A stretch of DNA of 64,000 nt from Eledone cirrhosa. Taxonomy: Eukaryota. Positions 40,571 to 55,134 of the stretch are shown here, one piece after another. The stretch's first letter is position 1, and each line of letters opens with the position of its first letter. Made by a program: the position numbers and the translations under genes. The stretch spans positions 102,858,001 through 102,922,000 of the forward strand of contig OZ024743.1 in assembly GCA_964016885.1 (NCBI GenBank), written 5' to 3'. The notes below the pieces were generated by a model. The model did no database searches. It worked only from the letters and a program-made list of their open reading frames with translations, and was not told the DNA's origin.

Positions 40571-42089
40571 GAGGTTTCTAACAGACAGAAGGAATTGGCT
40601 AGTTATAGATTTTACTAGGTTCGGGTGGTAGTACAAAATCAACAATGCTATAGTGCACAAGCCGGTTACAGTTGTAATTGAAAGAGAGAGAATGAAATAA
40701 AGAGAGACAGATGGTGGAACGAGAGAGAGAGTGTGTGGGTGTGTATGGGAGGGAGGGAGAGAGAGAATTAAAGCATAGTTTGAAGGCAGACAAACAGTTG
40801 TAGAATATTGTTGAGTGAAGTCACTTCTCTGATTTTCTGAATAATTTAATACATATATCAATTTCCAGATTTTTTATTTTATATTTTTTAGTTTGACATA
40901 TCAATTATGTGATACTATTATCAAGTGTCAGAAATATTTTACTAGTGTGAAACAACTACACAATCAGTTTCTAAATTTCAATCACTAACCTAAACATTTC
41001 TGAACAATTTTCTTTTTTTTTTTTGTCAGGTTTATCCCCATTTTTCTTCTTTTCTGTGGTGGTATGTGGTGGGGTAGAGCAATTTATTTCATTTAATTTC
41101 TTTTAAAGTTGTTATTAAATATCCCCACCTCCTCAAAATGTGTCCATCAAAATAGATAGAATTTTATCTTTACTACATATCTATCTTTGTTCCTGTTTTA
41201 TTTAATTCTTCTTCTTCTTCTTCTTCTTCTTCTTCTTCTTCTTCTTCTTCTTGGTAGGGTTAAGGAGCAGATGGTGCTATCAAAAGCACCTACCTCCAAA
41301 TTATCTGGCTGGAACCACAAGATAAACCAGCCAAAATTATGTATGTTATCCAAAAATCTTGCTCATGATCAACATCTGGGTTTCCTACCAGTTGGCTTTG
41401 CCCATATAGTAGGTCCAATGATACTTTCTTCAGATAGTCTAACTACATATCCATACTACTGGATATGTGATGTCTCGATTTAAAGAAGTAGTGGCTCTAC
41501 TCAGAGAGAGACCCTGATCTCTAAGTTATGCATGCCATTGAGGTTCAATAGCTACTCCGGATGCAATTGCCATTTTTCATTATTTTCAATTTTTTTAAAT
41601 TTCATAATAGAAAAACAAACTTTGGAGGGAAACAAATCGAAAATGATGCTATAATAGCTATCACTTATTTCTTTATTTCATAGGATTCTTCTGTTAGATT
41701 ATTACTAAGCACCAGGATACAATTATTAAGCACCATGATATTATTATCATAATACCACTAATACTACTATCACCACTATCATTATCACCATCATTATCAC
41801 CATCATATTTCTGTCTAGACAAACAGAAAAGCAAATATACATAAAAATAACAGCAACACCAATAATGTTATTAACCTCCGTGTCCCATTGCTAGTATGCA
41901 CACCACAGCCAATGATAAGCACAAACAGCAATCATTGCATTCTTATCACTGCTGAGGCTACCAACAGAATCTACAAGTAAATTAAAACAGAAAAAATAGT
42001 GTAGAGAATTCAACATGTCTAAACAATCACACCTCAGCCTTTTCTAGTGACTATTGTATATCTGAATATGCAGTAGTTTTTCCTTAATG

Positions 42090-42645
42090 GAATGGACCTC
42101 TACCAGATTCGATGATGAATATTCCAGTTGTTCAACCAACAGTACTACCTGCTCAAATTAACATGTAAGTGGCTGAGCATTTTACAAACTTGTAAACCAT
42201 TAACATAATACTCAGCAAGATTCAGCATGGCACAGCATGTGATAAGGCTGGCTCTTTGAATCATAAGTACAGTCTATTTAATGGGCTTCCAAACAGTTTC
42301 TATCTACCAGTGAACTGGACCTTTGTTGGTTTCAATGATGACTGTTCATGTTCAATCAAGGGTACTATGTACTCATGAAATTAACATGTAAGTGTTTGAG
42401 CATTCCACAGGCATGTGTACCCTTAATGTAATTCTGAAGGAGATTCAGTATGACACAGTGTGACAAGGCTGGCCATTTGAATAACAGATACAGTTCTTCT
42501 TCAAATCAATTTCTACCCAATTTCACTCCCACAGCATGGGTTGATATGAAACTATGTTAGATGACACTTTCCCAAGTTGCCATGCAGTAGGATTTAACCA
42601 AAGACCTAATGATTGCAAAGCAAACTTCTAAACCATTCAGCCAAT
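42090..42645 (-). mobile_element. Two tandem old SINE fragments
   Basis: aaattaacatgtaagtg..tgagcatt...agattcag..tgaca..gtgtga.aaggctggc occurs at ~42155 and ~42378, and is also seen in the 19661 element. Confidence 0.65.
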
Positions 42646-44219
42646 TTCAGTTAAGGTATGCAATATCTATATTGATGCATTGCTCCAAGTCATTTGGCTG
42701 ATTACATGCCTTATCTAAGATGTTCATAGTCAAGATTCACTTGGGGCTAACCAATACAAGTAACAACTAATTATATATCAAATAAATGATCAACACGATA
42801 TTCATCATCAGAGTTTAATTTCTATTTTCCATGCTTGCATGGGTTAAACCACCTTTAACTAATGGAGCTAAAACATGCCATATTTGGCTTGTTTTTTTTA
42901 TGACTGGTTACCCTTTCCATGGCACCAACAATATATTTTATAGGGTTGTTAGGGCACCTGTATGAGCAACTTAGAGTGTGGATTGGGTGCTTTTTTTATT
43001 TTTTTTTAAATTTAATTCCAGGCATATTAAGTTCAATTTTTTGTTTAGGTGCTTAAATGAAAATCAAAATACATAATATGGGTGTGTTTCAGTGTGTGTG
43101 TGTGTCTGCATATATTTTCTTACATCTGTTTGTTTTTTGCTTTGCCTATTGATAAGGTGTTCTTTTTTTTTTTTTGCTGTTTTTATGATAATAAATTCTG
43201 TTGTCAGGCAGAAAGATCTGTTCATTTAGGTGTGTCATGAGCTTTTTTCTTCTTCAGCTAACTACTTATCCTCCAAATGTCTTTTCATCTCTTTATGTAA
43301 CGAACTACTGCTTTTGAGCTCGCTTATTTGTTTGTGAAATCAGTCAGATCTATTTTTCTTCCACCTTGTCATGCAGTATATTCTGTGAAATTTTGTTTTA
43401 CACTATATATATATAAAGTTATTTTCAAAATTTGTTAATTTGATAAAATTTGATAAAAATATTGAATTGAATGTGAAAAAGAATTTCAGTAAAGGAGAAT
43501 ATTAAATCTGATAGTAGGTTTACATTTCAGAGATAAAAGTAAATGATTGTAATAATAATAATAATAATAATAGTAGTAGTAGTAGTAAGAATAACAATAT
43601 TAATAGAAATAGTATTATGAACAAAAACATACAAACAATACCAAGGTTCATAATGCTACAAACTGTTCAAAAATAACCTTGCACAGAACATCCCATATCC
43701 AGTGCAAGACATTATTATAATTCAAAAGAACAATTCAAACAGTTGAATACTCACACATGACATATACCTTATACAGTAATCCCCTAATAAAATTACTCAA
43801 CTTTCCTCTACAGTATCAATATCTAATAAAATAACACAATTCACACAGTATATCACTTGAAGTTTAATACCTAATATAATAACATTTTGTGCCAAAAGTA
43901 GAAACAATTATGTATACATCATACTCTACAAGATTAATACCAAATAGAAAAACACAACAGACTTTTATATACTGATTATTCATGGTACCAACATTCTAGA
44001 CAGCCACAACACAATGTTACACAACTAACATCTGACACTGTGACACATGACACACACCATACAGTCAACACTGACTACACAACATATACAGAACATAATC
44101 ACAATACAACAAAATAATATGACTTGCATTCTGCAGAATCTAAACAACAGAACAAAAACAGTTACACCAAAAACAGCAAGCTAAATCCCATTGTGTATGT
44201 CTGTGCACCCCCCCCCCCC

Positions 44220-44266
<47 letters not shown>

Positions 44267-44606
44267 ATAAATTAAACAAAAAACACAGGAAGCAAGATTA
44301 CACATTACACAGTTATATATAAGGTTATAAAAACACAAAGTCCACTCCGAACAGTACACCCTGTAAAGTGGTCGTGCTGATGGCACAATGAAAAAGCACA
44401 TAGTCCACTCTGTTAGGTGGTAATTCTGGTGCCATGATAAAAAGTACCCAGTCCATACTGTAATATGGTTAGCATTAAGAATGGCATCCAGACATAGAAG
44501 CCAATCCAAAATACAGATCTGTATGTGCAAAACAGAGTCTCCTGACCTGAATTGTCTCATTGCGAGCCAGCCTGTCTAACCCATGTAAAATAGACATTAA
44601 ATGGTG

Positions 44607-44769
44607 ATAATTGTTTCTATTTTTGGCACAAGGCCAGCAATTATTATTTTATCGACACCGTAAGGATGAAAGGCAAAGTTAACCTCGGCGGGATTTGAAC
44701 TCGGATCGTAAAGGGACATAACTACGCTGGAAAGTATGTCTGACCCTCTACCAATACTGCCAATTCACC
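44607..44769 (-). mobile_element. Meta-domain SINE, short subfamily with a further internal deletion
   Basis: Matches the 25486 copy but lacks the cccagtgcattactggtac segment. Confidence 0.88.
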
Positions 44770-44807
44770 AATGATGATTATATATGTGTGTGTGTGTATG
44801 TGTTGTA

Positions 44808-45073
44808 TATACAAGATGTGCATGAGAAACATTTGAATTCCTTTCGCTATCACTTCTTATACATAAACAATAAAATCTGTAAGATTCTAGCATATTTTAA
44901 TCTCAGCAGAAGTGAGGTGGATATGTAACCTTGACAACTGTCAAAAAGTGAGAAATAACGTTGTCTGTTACTTCCCCTTGCTTTTTGTTGAGACAAGAAT
45001 GTGTGATGTTAGACACAACCTTAAAACTTCATAGCGAAAGTCTTTCAAATAATTTTCCTAAACATCTTGTATA
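44808..45073. mobile_element. TA-flanked MITE with ~40-bp imperfect terminal inverted repeats
   Basis: tatacaagatgt...atttgaa...ctttcgctat versus atagcgaaag...ttcaaat...acatcttgtata. Confidence 0.55.
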
Positions 45074-45203
45074 TTATTCGATATATAACATGTACATACA
45101 TGTATACAATGCTAAGATGGAGCACCAATACTAATATATATATAACCCATACTAGCATGGAAGATAGACGTTAAACGATGATGATGATATATGTATGTGT
45201 ATG

Positions 45204-45240
<37 letters not shown>

Positions 45241-45348
45241 ATATATATGTGTATATATATATGTGTGTGTATATATATATATATGTGTATGTATATATAT
45301 ATGTGTGTGTATATATATATATATGTGTGTATATATATATATGTATAT

Positions 45349-45696
45349 GGAGGCACATGGCTTAGTGGTTAGAGCATTGGCCTTGTAATCGAAAGGTTGT
45401 GAGTTCAATTCTCAGACCGGGTGATGTGTTGTTTCCTTGAGCAAGACACTTTATTTCACATTGCTCCAGTTTACTCAGCTGTAGAAATGAGATGATAGGG
45501 ACTGGGGTCCATATCATTCCACTGCAAAGTGCTCGTGGAGGTGCCATGGCAAAAAAGCACCCAGCACTCACTGTAAATGAGGTTGGTGTTAGGAAGGGCA
45601 TCCAGCTGTAGAAATCAAGCCAGAATCAGTTCCCGTCCCACCCTTGCAAGCAGGGAAAAAGCGGACGTAAAATGAAATGATGAAATGATGATGATA
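45349..45696 (+). mobile_element. Full-length composite SINE: tRNA head + CORE-like + V-like domain + RTE-A 3' tail
   Basis: A box TGGCTTAGTGG and B box GAGTTCAATTC, then CCTTGAGCAAGACACTTTA, then GGTGTTAGGAAGGGCATCCAGCTGTAGAAA, then tail CCCACCCTTGCAAGCAGGGAAAAAGCGGACGTAAAATGA. Confidence 0.9.
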
Positions 45697-46150
<454 letters not shown>

Positions 46151-46202
46151 GTGTGTGGCCATATGTGTGTGTACATATGCACCTGTAGAGGTGGAGCATG
46201 TG

Positions 46203-46355
46203 TCATCATCATCATCATCATCATCATTTTACGTCCGCTTTTCCCTGCTTGCAAGGGTGGGACGGGAACTGATTCTGGCTTGATTTCTACAGCTGGATGC
46301 CCTTCCTAACACCAACCTCATACAGTGAGTGCTGGGTGCTTTTTTGCCGTGGCAC
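46203..46355 (-). mobile_element. 3' fragment of the composite SINE, inverted relative to 45349-45696
   Basis: Near-perfect reverse complement of 45541-45696. Confidence 0.92.
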
Positions 46356-48547
46356 GTATTTTGCTGATTTACATTAGTGACCGATTTAAACATGATAACC
46401 ATGAAATCAAAGCTTTATCATAAAAGTCTTGTATAGCATTTGTCTCTTGGTATTCTTGCCCTTAGATATGCTGTAAACTAGTATTTAGATTGTTGGGAAT
46501 TTGTAGCTAATAACACTATTGTTTGACAAATGTGATATAATAAAAAGTAATTTTAAAACTATATTTTTTGTTTCAATTAGATTGTATTGATGCTCTAAAA
46601 AATTCTGTTTTAAAGTAATGATCACTTTAAAGTAGAGATTATCTTGAAATAAATCAAGTTGCTAACCCAGTTTTAATTCCCTGTTGTAACCGTTCCATTA
46701 ATTATTCATATAGCAATGACAGAGCCAAGTAAATAGGGTATTAGACTAACTATTGAAGAACTTTATGCTTTGTTTCACTACAGGCATTTTATTTCTTTTT
46801 ATTTTCTATATTTTCTATATTTAGCTAGTACACTTTATTCCATGTTCTTAAGTTCATTTAAAATTTCATTGAATATGTACAGGCTTACTGGAAATGTTAC
46901 TTGAGGTACACCTGTCATCCTAACCAGGTAGACATTTTTCTCTCTTCTGATATACTACATTAAAACATAATAGCAAAATCATCAGAACATTGGAATCAAA
47001 ATGCTTCCATTTTTGTTCCAACTGACTGCATACTGAGCTCAAATCCCAGCCAGGCCAACTTTGCTTTTAATCCTTATTGATATCAATAAATAAATACTAA
47101 TCCAGTAATTGGGTTTACTCTCACTTTTTTTCTTTCTTTTTCTGGAAAAAAATCATAATTTCCTCTACATGGCATGTGTCAGGACGGTGCCCCTGTGACT
47201 TCATCACTGTTAACAGCCTTTTTCTCCTCCTCTCTCTTCTTATGCTTCTTTTCCTTCTTAAGAGAGTCCTATCAGAAGCAACCATTTTGATATGATCCAG
47301 TTGGATCCCTAAGCAAGACCATCTACTAATACTACTACAACCAATATATAAACATCTTACTCATAGTCTACTTCTGGGTCTCCTGCCAGGTGATTTGCCC
47401 ATAAAATATGTTCACTGACCCTTTCATTAGACATTCTAATCACATATTTGAAGTACAGGAGCTGTGATCTCTTCTCTGCAGAATCATATCAGCCTCATAT
47501 AATATAATATATTTTTCCTTTGTGAGCAAATCAATATCATATAAACCATTAGATGTGATATTGATGCAGTAAAATTCCAGTAGGCTCCTCATCATCATCA
47601 TCATCATTTTACATCTATTTTTTACGTTAGCATAGGTTAGACTGGTTGTCACATTTGGTGGCAAGTCAGGCAGGTCAGACGACTGTGTCTTCATCATCAT
47701 CACCATTTAATGTCCATTTTTCCCTGCTAGCATTGGTAAGATGAGTTGTCCTATTTGAGACAAGTCAGATCAGGTGACTGTGTCTTTCTTTCTGTTTCTG
47801 GTTTGGTTTCTATGGCTGGATGCCTTTTCTAACACCAACCACATTTACAGTATGGACTGGGTGCTTTTTATCATGGCACTAAAGCAACCACCTTACAGTG
47901 TGAGTTGGGCGCCTTTTGTCATGACATCAACATGACCATTTAATAGTGTGGAATGGGCACTTTTTGTTGTGTCACCAACACAACCACTTTACTGTGTGGA
48001 CTGGGTGCTTTTTGTCATGTCACCAAACACAACCACTTTACAGTAGATGTGTGTTGAGTGTTAGAATGTGGAGGGTTGTAAGGAAGGAGGATAAATCATT
48101 TTGGCATGGTTTCTACAGCAGATGCCTTTTCTTATACTAACAACTTCATTGCATGTACTTGGTTTGTTTTCTCACAATACCACCACTATCACATGCAATA
48201 TCAACATATTAATAAATAATTGAAAACAACTTATATAAACGATTTAATAAAGAAATGAAATTTAGAGGAAAAAACAATTTCCAATTAAATTTCTATTGAT
48301 AATATATTATTATTATTTATAATTAGTTTACGGTTGGTTGAAAGGGTTAATATATCTTACAGTTTGCACTTCAGATTTTAGCAAGAAGAAAAAGATAAAA
48401 GGAAAAATATACAAAGCTCTTGCTTTTGCATAACACAACTTATAGTAATTAAATGAAGATGTTAATGTTAAAAAAATTGAACATATTGGTAATATTTCAA
48501 ATAATAAGCCTTTAGCAATGCAACATTGTAAACAGTGTAATTAATTA

Positions 48548-48558
48548 TAGTAGTGGTA

Positions 48559-48628
<70 letters not shown>

Positions 48629-48735
48629 GAGGAGGAGGAGCGGCAGGAAGAGCAGCAGTATTAGTGATAGTAGTAGCAGTAGTAGCAGTAAAGGTGATAG
48701 TACTAGTAGCAGTAATAGTGATAGTATCAGCTGTA
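48548..48735. repeat. (GTA)n trinucleotide repeat
   Basis: Directly visible. Confidence 0.93.
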
Positions 48736-48762
48736 GTAAAAACAGTAGATTGATGTGCACAG

Positions 48763-50430
48763 AGTGTAACAGAGATGTGGACAGTGTACAACATAGAGAT
48801 GTGAACAGTGTAGAGTATAGAGAAGTGAGCAGTGTACAACATCACATAGTGAACAGTGTACAGATAGAGAAGTGAGTAGTGTACAACATCACATAGTGAA
48901 CAGTGTACATTGTAGAGAAGTAAGCAGTGTACAACATCACATAGTGGACATTGTATAATATAGAGAAGGAAGCAGTATACAACATCACATAGTGGACAGT
49001 GTATAATATAGAGAAGGAAGCAGTGTACAACATCACATAGTGGACAGTGTATAATATAGAGAAGGAAGCAGTGTACAACATCACATAGTGGACATTGTAT
49101 AATATAGAGAAGGAAGCAGTGTACAACATCACATAGTGGACCGTGTACAGATAGAGAAGGAAGCAGTGTACAACATCACATAGTGGGCAGTGTATATTGT
49201 AGAGAAGGAAGCAGTGTACAACATCACATAGTGGGCAGTGTACAGATAGAGAAGGAAGCAGTGTACAACATCACATAGTGGACAGTGTACAGATAGAGAA
49301 GGAAGCAGTATACAACATCACATAGTGGACAGTGTATAATATAGAGAAGGAAGCAGTGTACAACATCACATAGTGAACAGTGTATATTGTAGAGAAGGAA
49401 GCAGTGTACAACATCACATAGTGAACAGTGTATATTGTAGAGAAGTAAGCTGTGTACAACATCACATAGTGGACAGTGTACAGATAGAGAAGGAAGCAGT
49501 GTACAACATCACATAGTGGACATTGTATAATATAGAGAAGGAAGCAGTGTACAACATCACATAGTGGACAGTGTACAGATAGAGAAGGAAGCAGTGTACA
49601 ACATCACATAGTGAACAGTGTATATTGTAGAGAAGGAAGCAGTGTACAACATCACATAGTGAACAGTGTATATTGTAGAGAAGTAAGCTGTGTACAACAT
49701 CACATAGTGGACAGTGTACAGATAGAGAAAGAAGCAGTGTACAACATCACATAGTGGACATTGTATAATATAGAGAAGGAAGCAGTGTACAACATCACAT
49801 AGTGGACAGTGTACAGATAGAGAAGGAAGCAGTATACAACATCACATAGTGGACAGTGTATAATATAGAGAAGGAAGCAGTGTACAACATCACATAGTGA
49901 ACAGTGTATATTGTAGAGAAGGAAGCAGTGTACAACATCACATAGTGAACAGTGTATATTGTAGAGAAGTAAGCTGTGTACAACATCACATAGTGGACAG
50001 TGTACAGATAGAGAAGGAAGCAGTGTACAACATCACATAGTGGGCAGTGTATATTGTAGAGAAGGAAGCAGTGTACAACATCACATAGTGGACAGTGTAC
50101 AGATAGAGAAGGAAGCAGTATACAACATCACATAGTGGACAGTGTATAATATAGAGAAGGAAGCAGTGTACAACATCACATAGTGAACAGTGTATATTGT
50201 AGAGAAGGAAGCAGTGTACAACATCACATAGTGAACAGTGTATATTGTAGAGAAGTAAGCTGTGTACAACATCACATAGTGGACAGTGTACAGATAGAGA
50301 AGGAAGCAGTGTACAACATCACATAGTGGGCAGTGTATATTGTAGAGAAGGAAGCAGTGTACAACATCACATAGTGGACAGTGTATAATATAGAGAAGAA
50401 AGCAGTGTACATCACATAGTGAACAGTGAT
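48763..50430. repeat. Minisatellite, ~34 copies of a 47/48-bp unit (dimer of two ~24-bp subunits) with higher-order structure
   Basis: Unit agtgtacaacatcacatagtggac + agtgtataatatagagaaggaagc. Identical 195-nt ORFs recur at 49271, 49795 and 50081. Confidence 0.97.
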
Positions 50431-51099
50431 TACCATACAGAAGTGAAGTGTTTGCAACATTGAATAGTGATGAGTGTATTACATAGAATAGTAAATATTA
50501 AATAACATATAAAAGTGAACAGTATACACCATACAGAAAGGAAGTAAACATTATAACAAATGAATGAACCTATCAAATCATCCATTTCTCTCTCCCAGCT
50601 ATGTCAAGGGTTTCTCCTTTGCTCTCCAAAGCTTTCAGCTTTATTGACCATTGCCCAATTTTTCACAAATCCCTTTATTGGGTTTGTTGTTTTCCTTCTG
50701 TCATGGAATCCAATCAGTCATTATTTTGGCCACCTGTTGTCACCTGTCCTTTTGATGTATCCAGCTCACCTCTATTTCAAGGATTTCATGAATTGACAAA
50801 GTCATTTTGTTTTTGTCTGTTTTATGGGCTTGCCACATTATTCCTTCATGATCATGTTGAGCTGTTCTCAAATTAAATGCTAGTTCCTTTGTCAAACCCC
50901 ATGTTTCTGCAGCATAGGGAGCTTTTTATGAAACAACAACACCATAAATAACACTAACATGCAATAGGTGTGCAAAGCTGTAATCAATAATGCAGTGTCA
51001 GCCCACAAGGAAAATAAGACTAATAAGGATGATAATAATAATAATTCATTTATTGGCCACTGACTCAAGACCAAGTCGTATATATATATATTTATTGTA

Positions 51100-51590
51100 T
51101 CATCTTCATCACCATTTTATGCCTGTTCTTCCATGCTAGCATGGATTAGACAGGTTGTACTGTTGTGGGCAGTGTCCAGTCGGCTAACCTTGTCATGCTC
51201 ATACGGTAACTGATTCTGGTTTTGATTTCTACAGCAGGATGCCCTTCCTAACACCTACCTCATTTACAGTGAGTGCTGGGAGATTTATTTCTGTGGCGCC
51301 TACACGTCCACTTTACAGTGTGGGCTGGGTGCTTTTTTGCTGTGGCACCTCCACAACCACTTGTGGGAGGGGGTGGGGGCATATAGTCTATATGGTTCAG
51401 CTTTGGCTTGTACCAGTCTTCTGTATTACTGCATTATGCCAGAGGTCACAGTCATGTGTCATCGCCCTTGAGAAGTGCAATCGGGTAAGGTCGGCTTTTA
51501 TCACCTCATCCCAGGTCTTCTTGGATCTCCCCACTCTGCGGCTTCCATCGACTTCTAGTGCTCTCCACCTTTTTGTGCAGCTGTCATCCT
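51100..51590 (-). mobile_element. Composite SINE 3' part adjacent to an RTE 3' coding fragment
   Basis: ttctacagcaggatgcccttcctaacacc matches the SINE V-like domain. The ORF MKDDSCTKRWRALEVDGSRRVGRSKKTWDEVIKADL is an RTE C-terminus. Confidence 0.7.
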
Positions 51591-51595
51591 TCATA

Positions 51596-51637
<42 letters not shown>

Positions 51638-52848
51638 ATAAATATGTACATAGTTAATAAATGAAACAAACAAAGCACAGGTGGCAGTTTTTACACAGTT
51701 ATATATATACAAAGTATGCGTGAATTTATAGTACACCCCATGCAAGAAACTAAAGGGAAATACTCACTTCAATCTCTTACCCCAGGACATAGATAATGAT
51801 GCAGCAAGAAATTGTATATAAACCATGAAAGAGGAAATGACGATGATGATGATCATGATGATTGTTAGTTTGTTAGTAATAATAATAAACCATTTAGGGA
51901 ACATAGTGAAATGGAAATAATTAGTGTATCAGAAGAGGGAGGCATCTTTTTATGTTATTTCATTTCTTTCTCATTACAATAAGAAAATCTTTGCTATAAT
52001 TCTTTATTACTTTAGCTGTCCTTTATTGTTCACAAATGTAATGTTCAATATTTGTGGATTTCACATATTTTTCAAAAGGACACAAACCCATGAAATAAGG
52101 ATTCCAAACCAGGAGGATTTCCATCAAAACTTTGTCATAACCAAATTCTGGAAATAATTTCCACAAAAGCAAATGACTGATGATTAATAACTTCTCCTTT
52201 GCTCTTCAACAAATAGGTTTCCTAATACTGTTTCATTTCATTTGTAAGATAGAATAAGCTCAAAAGAGATCAATTCTATCTTACTTTTACTAAATGCTTC
52301 TTAAAGTGCTTGTATTTTTTAATTGAGAGATCAAAAACTCAGTTGTTACCTGATACCTTCTTCGTAGGTGATCTTATATGTCACTGCAAGATTGCAGTTG
52401 TTATAGCAACAAAAGCTACCTTGCTCTTTCAACACTGATTTCTTCTTTTTTCCACTATTATTCTTTTCTCTCCTTCCTTAGCATGCTTCGCAGTATTCTC
52501 AGATACAAATATATAACTGGAATAACATACTTAATATATGCCTATATATTTGCACACATAGCTAATGAATTGATACAGACATCTTAGATTTAATGAAAGC
52601 AATTTATATATACATTTATAAAACACATGCATGTAAATAAATACATATACACACAGATGAGAATAAGTCACCTAGGTAGAGACTCCACAGGTGTTGTAAC
52701 ATAAAGAAATAATTTAATTTCTGAGAATATCAAATTTAAAAGATTTATTGTTCTTCCTTGTCACTACTACCTTCTTCAAGCTTAAGCTAACTATTGCATT
52801 TGACATACACACACAAGCACGTAAATACTCTACATTAATGTCTACATT

Positions 52849-53036
52849 GGGCGGTGGATTGGCAGTATCGGTAGAGAGTCGGATACCATGCTTTCCAGCA
52901 TAGTTACGTCCCTTTATGATCTGAGTTCAAATCCTGCCGAGGTTAACTTTGCCTTTCATCCTTACGGGGTCGATAAAATAAAGTACCAGTAATGCACTGG
53001 GTAATTGCTGGCCTTGTGCCAAAAGTAGAAACAATT
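52849..53036 (+). mobile_element. Young Meta-domain SINE (short subfamily) with TSD
   Basis: GGGCGGTGGATTGGCAGTATCGG head and B box GAGTTCAAATCC. Flanked by attaatgtctacatt / attaatgtcta(tcta)catt. Confidence 0.93.
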
Positions 53037-53129
53037 AATGTCTATCTACATTTCATATATAAATGCATAGGTTTGTGTTTGTTTCACTTAATAGAATGCT
53101 TCAGAATTATAATCTTCTTTTTATCTTCT

Positions 53130-53545
53130 TTTCTTCTTCTTCTTCTTCTTCGCTCCACCCCTATTCCTGGGGTGAGGGACAGTGTCTTCCAGTGGATCCT
53201 GTCAGAAGCAACCTTTTGCAATTGATAGAGCTGGATCCCCAAATGAGACTAGCCCCTCTCATGAATGTTCTCCAACTGTCTTGTTCAGGGTCTATACCTG
53301 AATCTCCTGCCAGCTGGTTTTTGCCCATAGAATATGTCCAGCAATTCTTTTCTGAGACATTTCTAACCCCATGTCCATAATATTGGAGCTGTGATCTCTC
53401 AATTCAGAGAAGTAGCTGTGCTGCCATGAGTGATTCTCTATCAAGTAACATTACTCCAAATACCATTCAGAGGAACCCCATTTTGGTTGCTTGTATTGAA
53501 AACTGTATTCTTTTGGTCATTACCCAAGATCCATGACCAAAGTTG
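53130..53545 (-). mobile_element. 3' fragment of RTE family B with (GAA)n tail
   Basis: Reverse-complement similarity to 25780-26185 (ctctgaattgagag.tcacag.tcc.ata.tatgg.catg), with (TTC)n at its left end. Confidence 0.7.
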
Positions 53546-55134
53546 AGGGTTGGCACCAGCACTACCGCTTTACTGCACTTTACCACACTTTGTGTGGTAC
53601 CAGTATTACCCCTTTATAAAGTGTACTGGGTGCATATTATCATGGTACCAACATAAGAAGGGTTGTGACACCTTTGTCTAGATTGAAGAGTCCTTCTGAA
53701 AAATGTATCTGAATCTGAATAGGTACACAATATCCCAGCATGGCATGAGGCAACTCCAAAGGTTGGTGGCAACAAGAGCATACAACTGAAAATCATTGCC
53801 TCAAAAAGGACCCTCATGTTTAGTATGTAATCTATCATGGTTCTCTAAAAGCTAATCCCCTACTTTAGCCAAATAAAATAGCTTTAAATAGTTGAGTGTG
53901 TGTGTGTGGGAGGGGGGGGGGGGGTGAATAGAGAATGTATGCATCTGGATATTCCATGCACATGTCTGTGTGTGTTGTGTGTGTGAATGTTTTTTGAACG
54001 GGTGTGCATACATGTGTATGTGTGTGTAAGCTGCTGCTAAAATAACCTAATCAACTAGTTTCATTGATCAAGAATAATTTTAAATACATTAAACACTTTT
54101 ATTTCCTATAAGTACTTAATAAATAAAGATTAATTCACACTTTTATTTTTTTTTATTTTAGAAAATGACAAAATTGTCTCCTGTATGTAATCCTTTCATT
54201 AGAATATTTCTAATGAAATGCACTGCCTATAATTTTCAACTTATTTTGAAAATAATCTAGAATATTAAGGGATTTAGTAATATCAGTAAATTCATTATTA
54301 CTTAGCTGGTATTTGGAATATATCTTAAGGTTTCTTCCACAAAATTATGATGGAAGACTTTATATACAGTTTTACCCTTTTGATACTATATTTCTATAAC
54401 TTTCAACTCATTTTGAAAATTATGAAAAATTTAGAGGGATTTAGTAATATAACTTTCTCATTATTAAGATGTTGTCTAAACATAACTTAGCAAGTACTAT
54501 ACATAAAATTATGATGTAAGGTTTTTTCAGATATAGATATACAGTTTAAAACATATATTTTTGTAAAATATTAACCTGTAATCAAATATAATAATTATAT
54601 ATCAACTGAGAATAAACTTTTTAACTAAGTATCTCAAGATACTGCAAATTGATACATCAGAGAATATGTTAAAGAAATATTAAATGTTTGTCTTGTTTGT
54701 TATATATTTATACATTGGCCTTTGAAGTTTATAACTACAAGCTTGCACACACACACATATATACATATGTATGTATGTATGTATATAGTAATTTCATTTA
54801 ATGCATATGTGCCATGTTACGTGAAATATGTTTGTCTTTTGTGTGCATTCCATCCACATTTCCAGAATATTACTTTTAAATATTTATTTTTTATTATGCA
54901 TTATTTATATTCATTTTTAAGGATTATTGAAAGGTGCTTTCTATCCAAGTGATAACCCATTTAATATTCTATCATTTTCTACAATATGAACTCATAATTA
55001 TCACTATAAATTGTTCTCATTTCAATTCATATCAAATATCTTATTTCACAAAATGGTTTTCAATATTTTCTGTTCTTAATAAATGTACTTTAAATGTATT
55101 ATGCATAAATTATTATTTAAAAAAAAAAAAAAAG

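Noticed and set aside
45349-45420. tRNA gene
   Set aside because: A and B boxes are present, but it is the head of a multi-copy SINE and has no proper acceptor stem.
48763-50430. CRISPR-like array (constant 24-mer alternating with a variable 24-mer)
   Set aside because: The 'spacers' are a few recurring variants homologous to the constant half. There are no cas genes and the context is eukaryotic.
54162-54182. 21-nt candidate microexon (ttttattttAG|AAAATGACAAAATTGTCTCCT|GTATGT)
   Set aside because: It introduces TGA in the host frame, has a weak exonic donor context and abuts a MITE remnant. It could only be a poison exon, and there is no further support.
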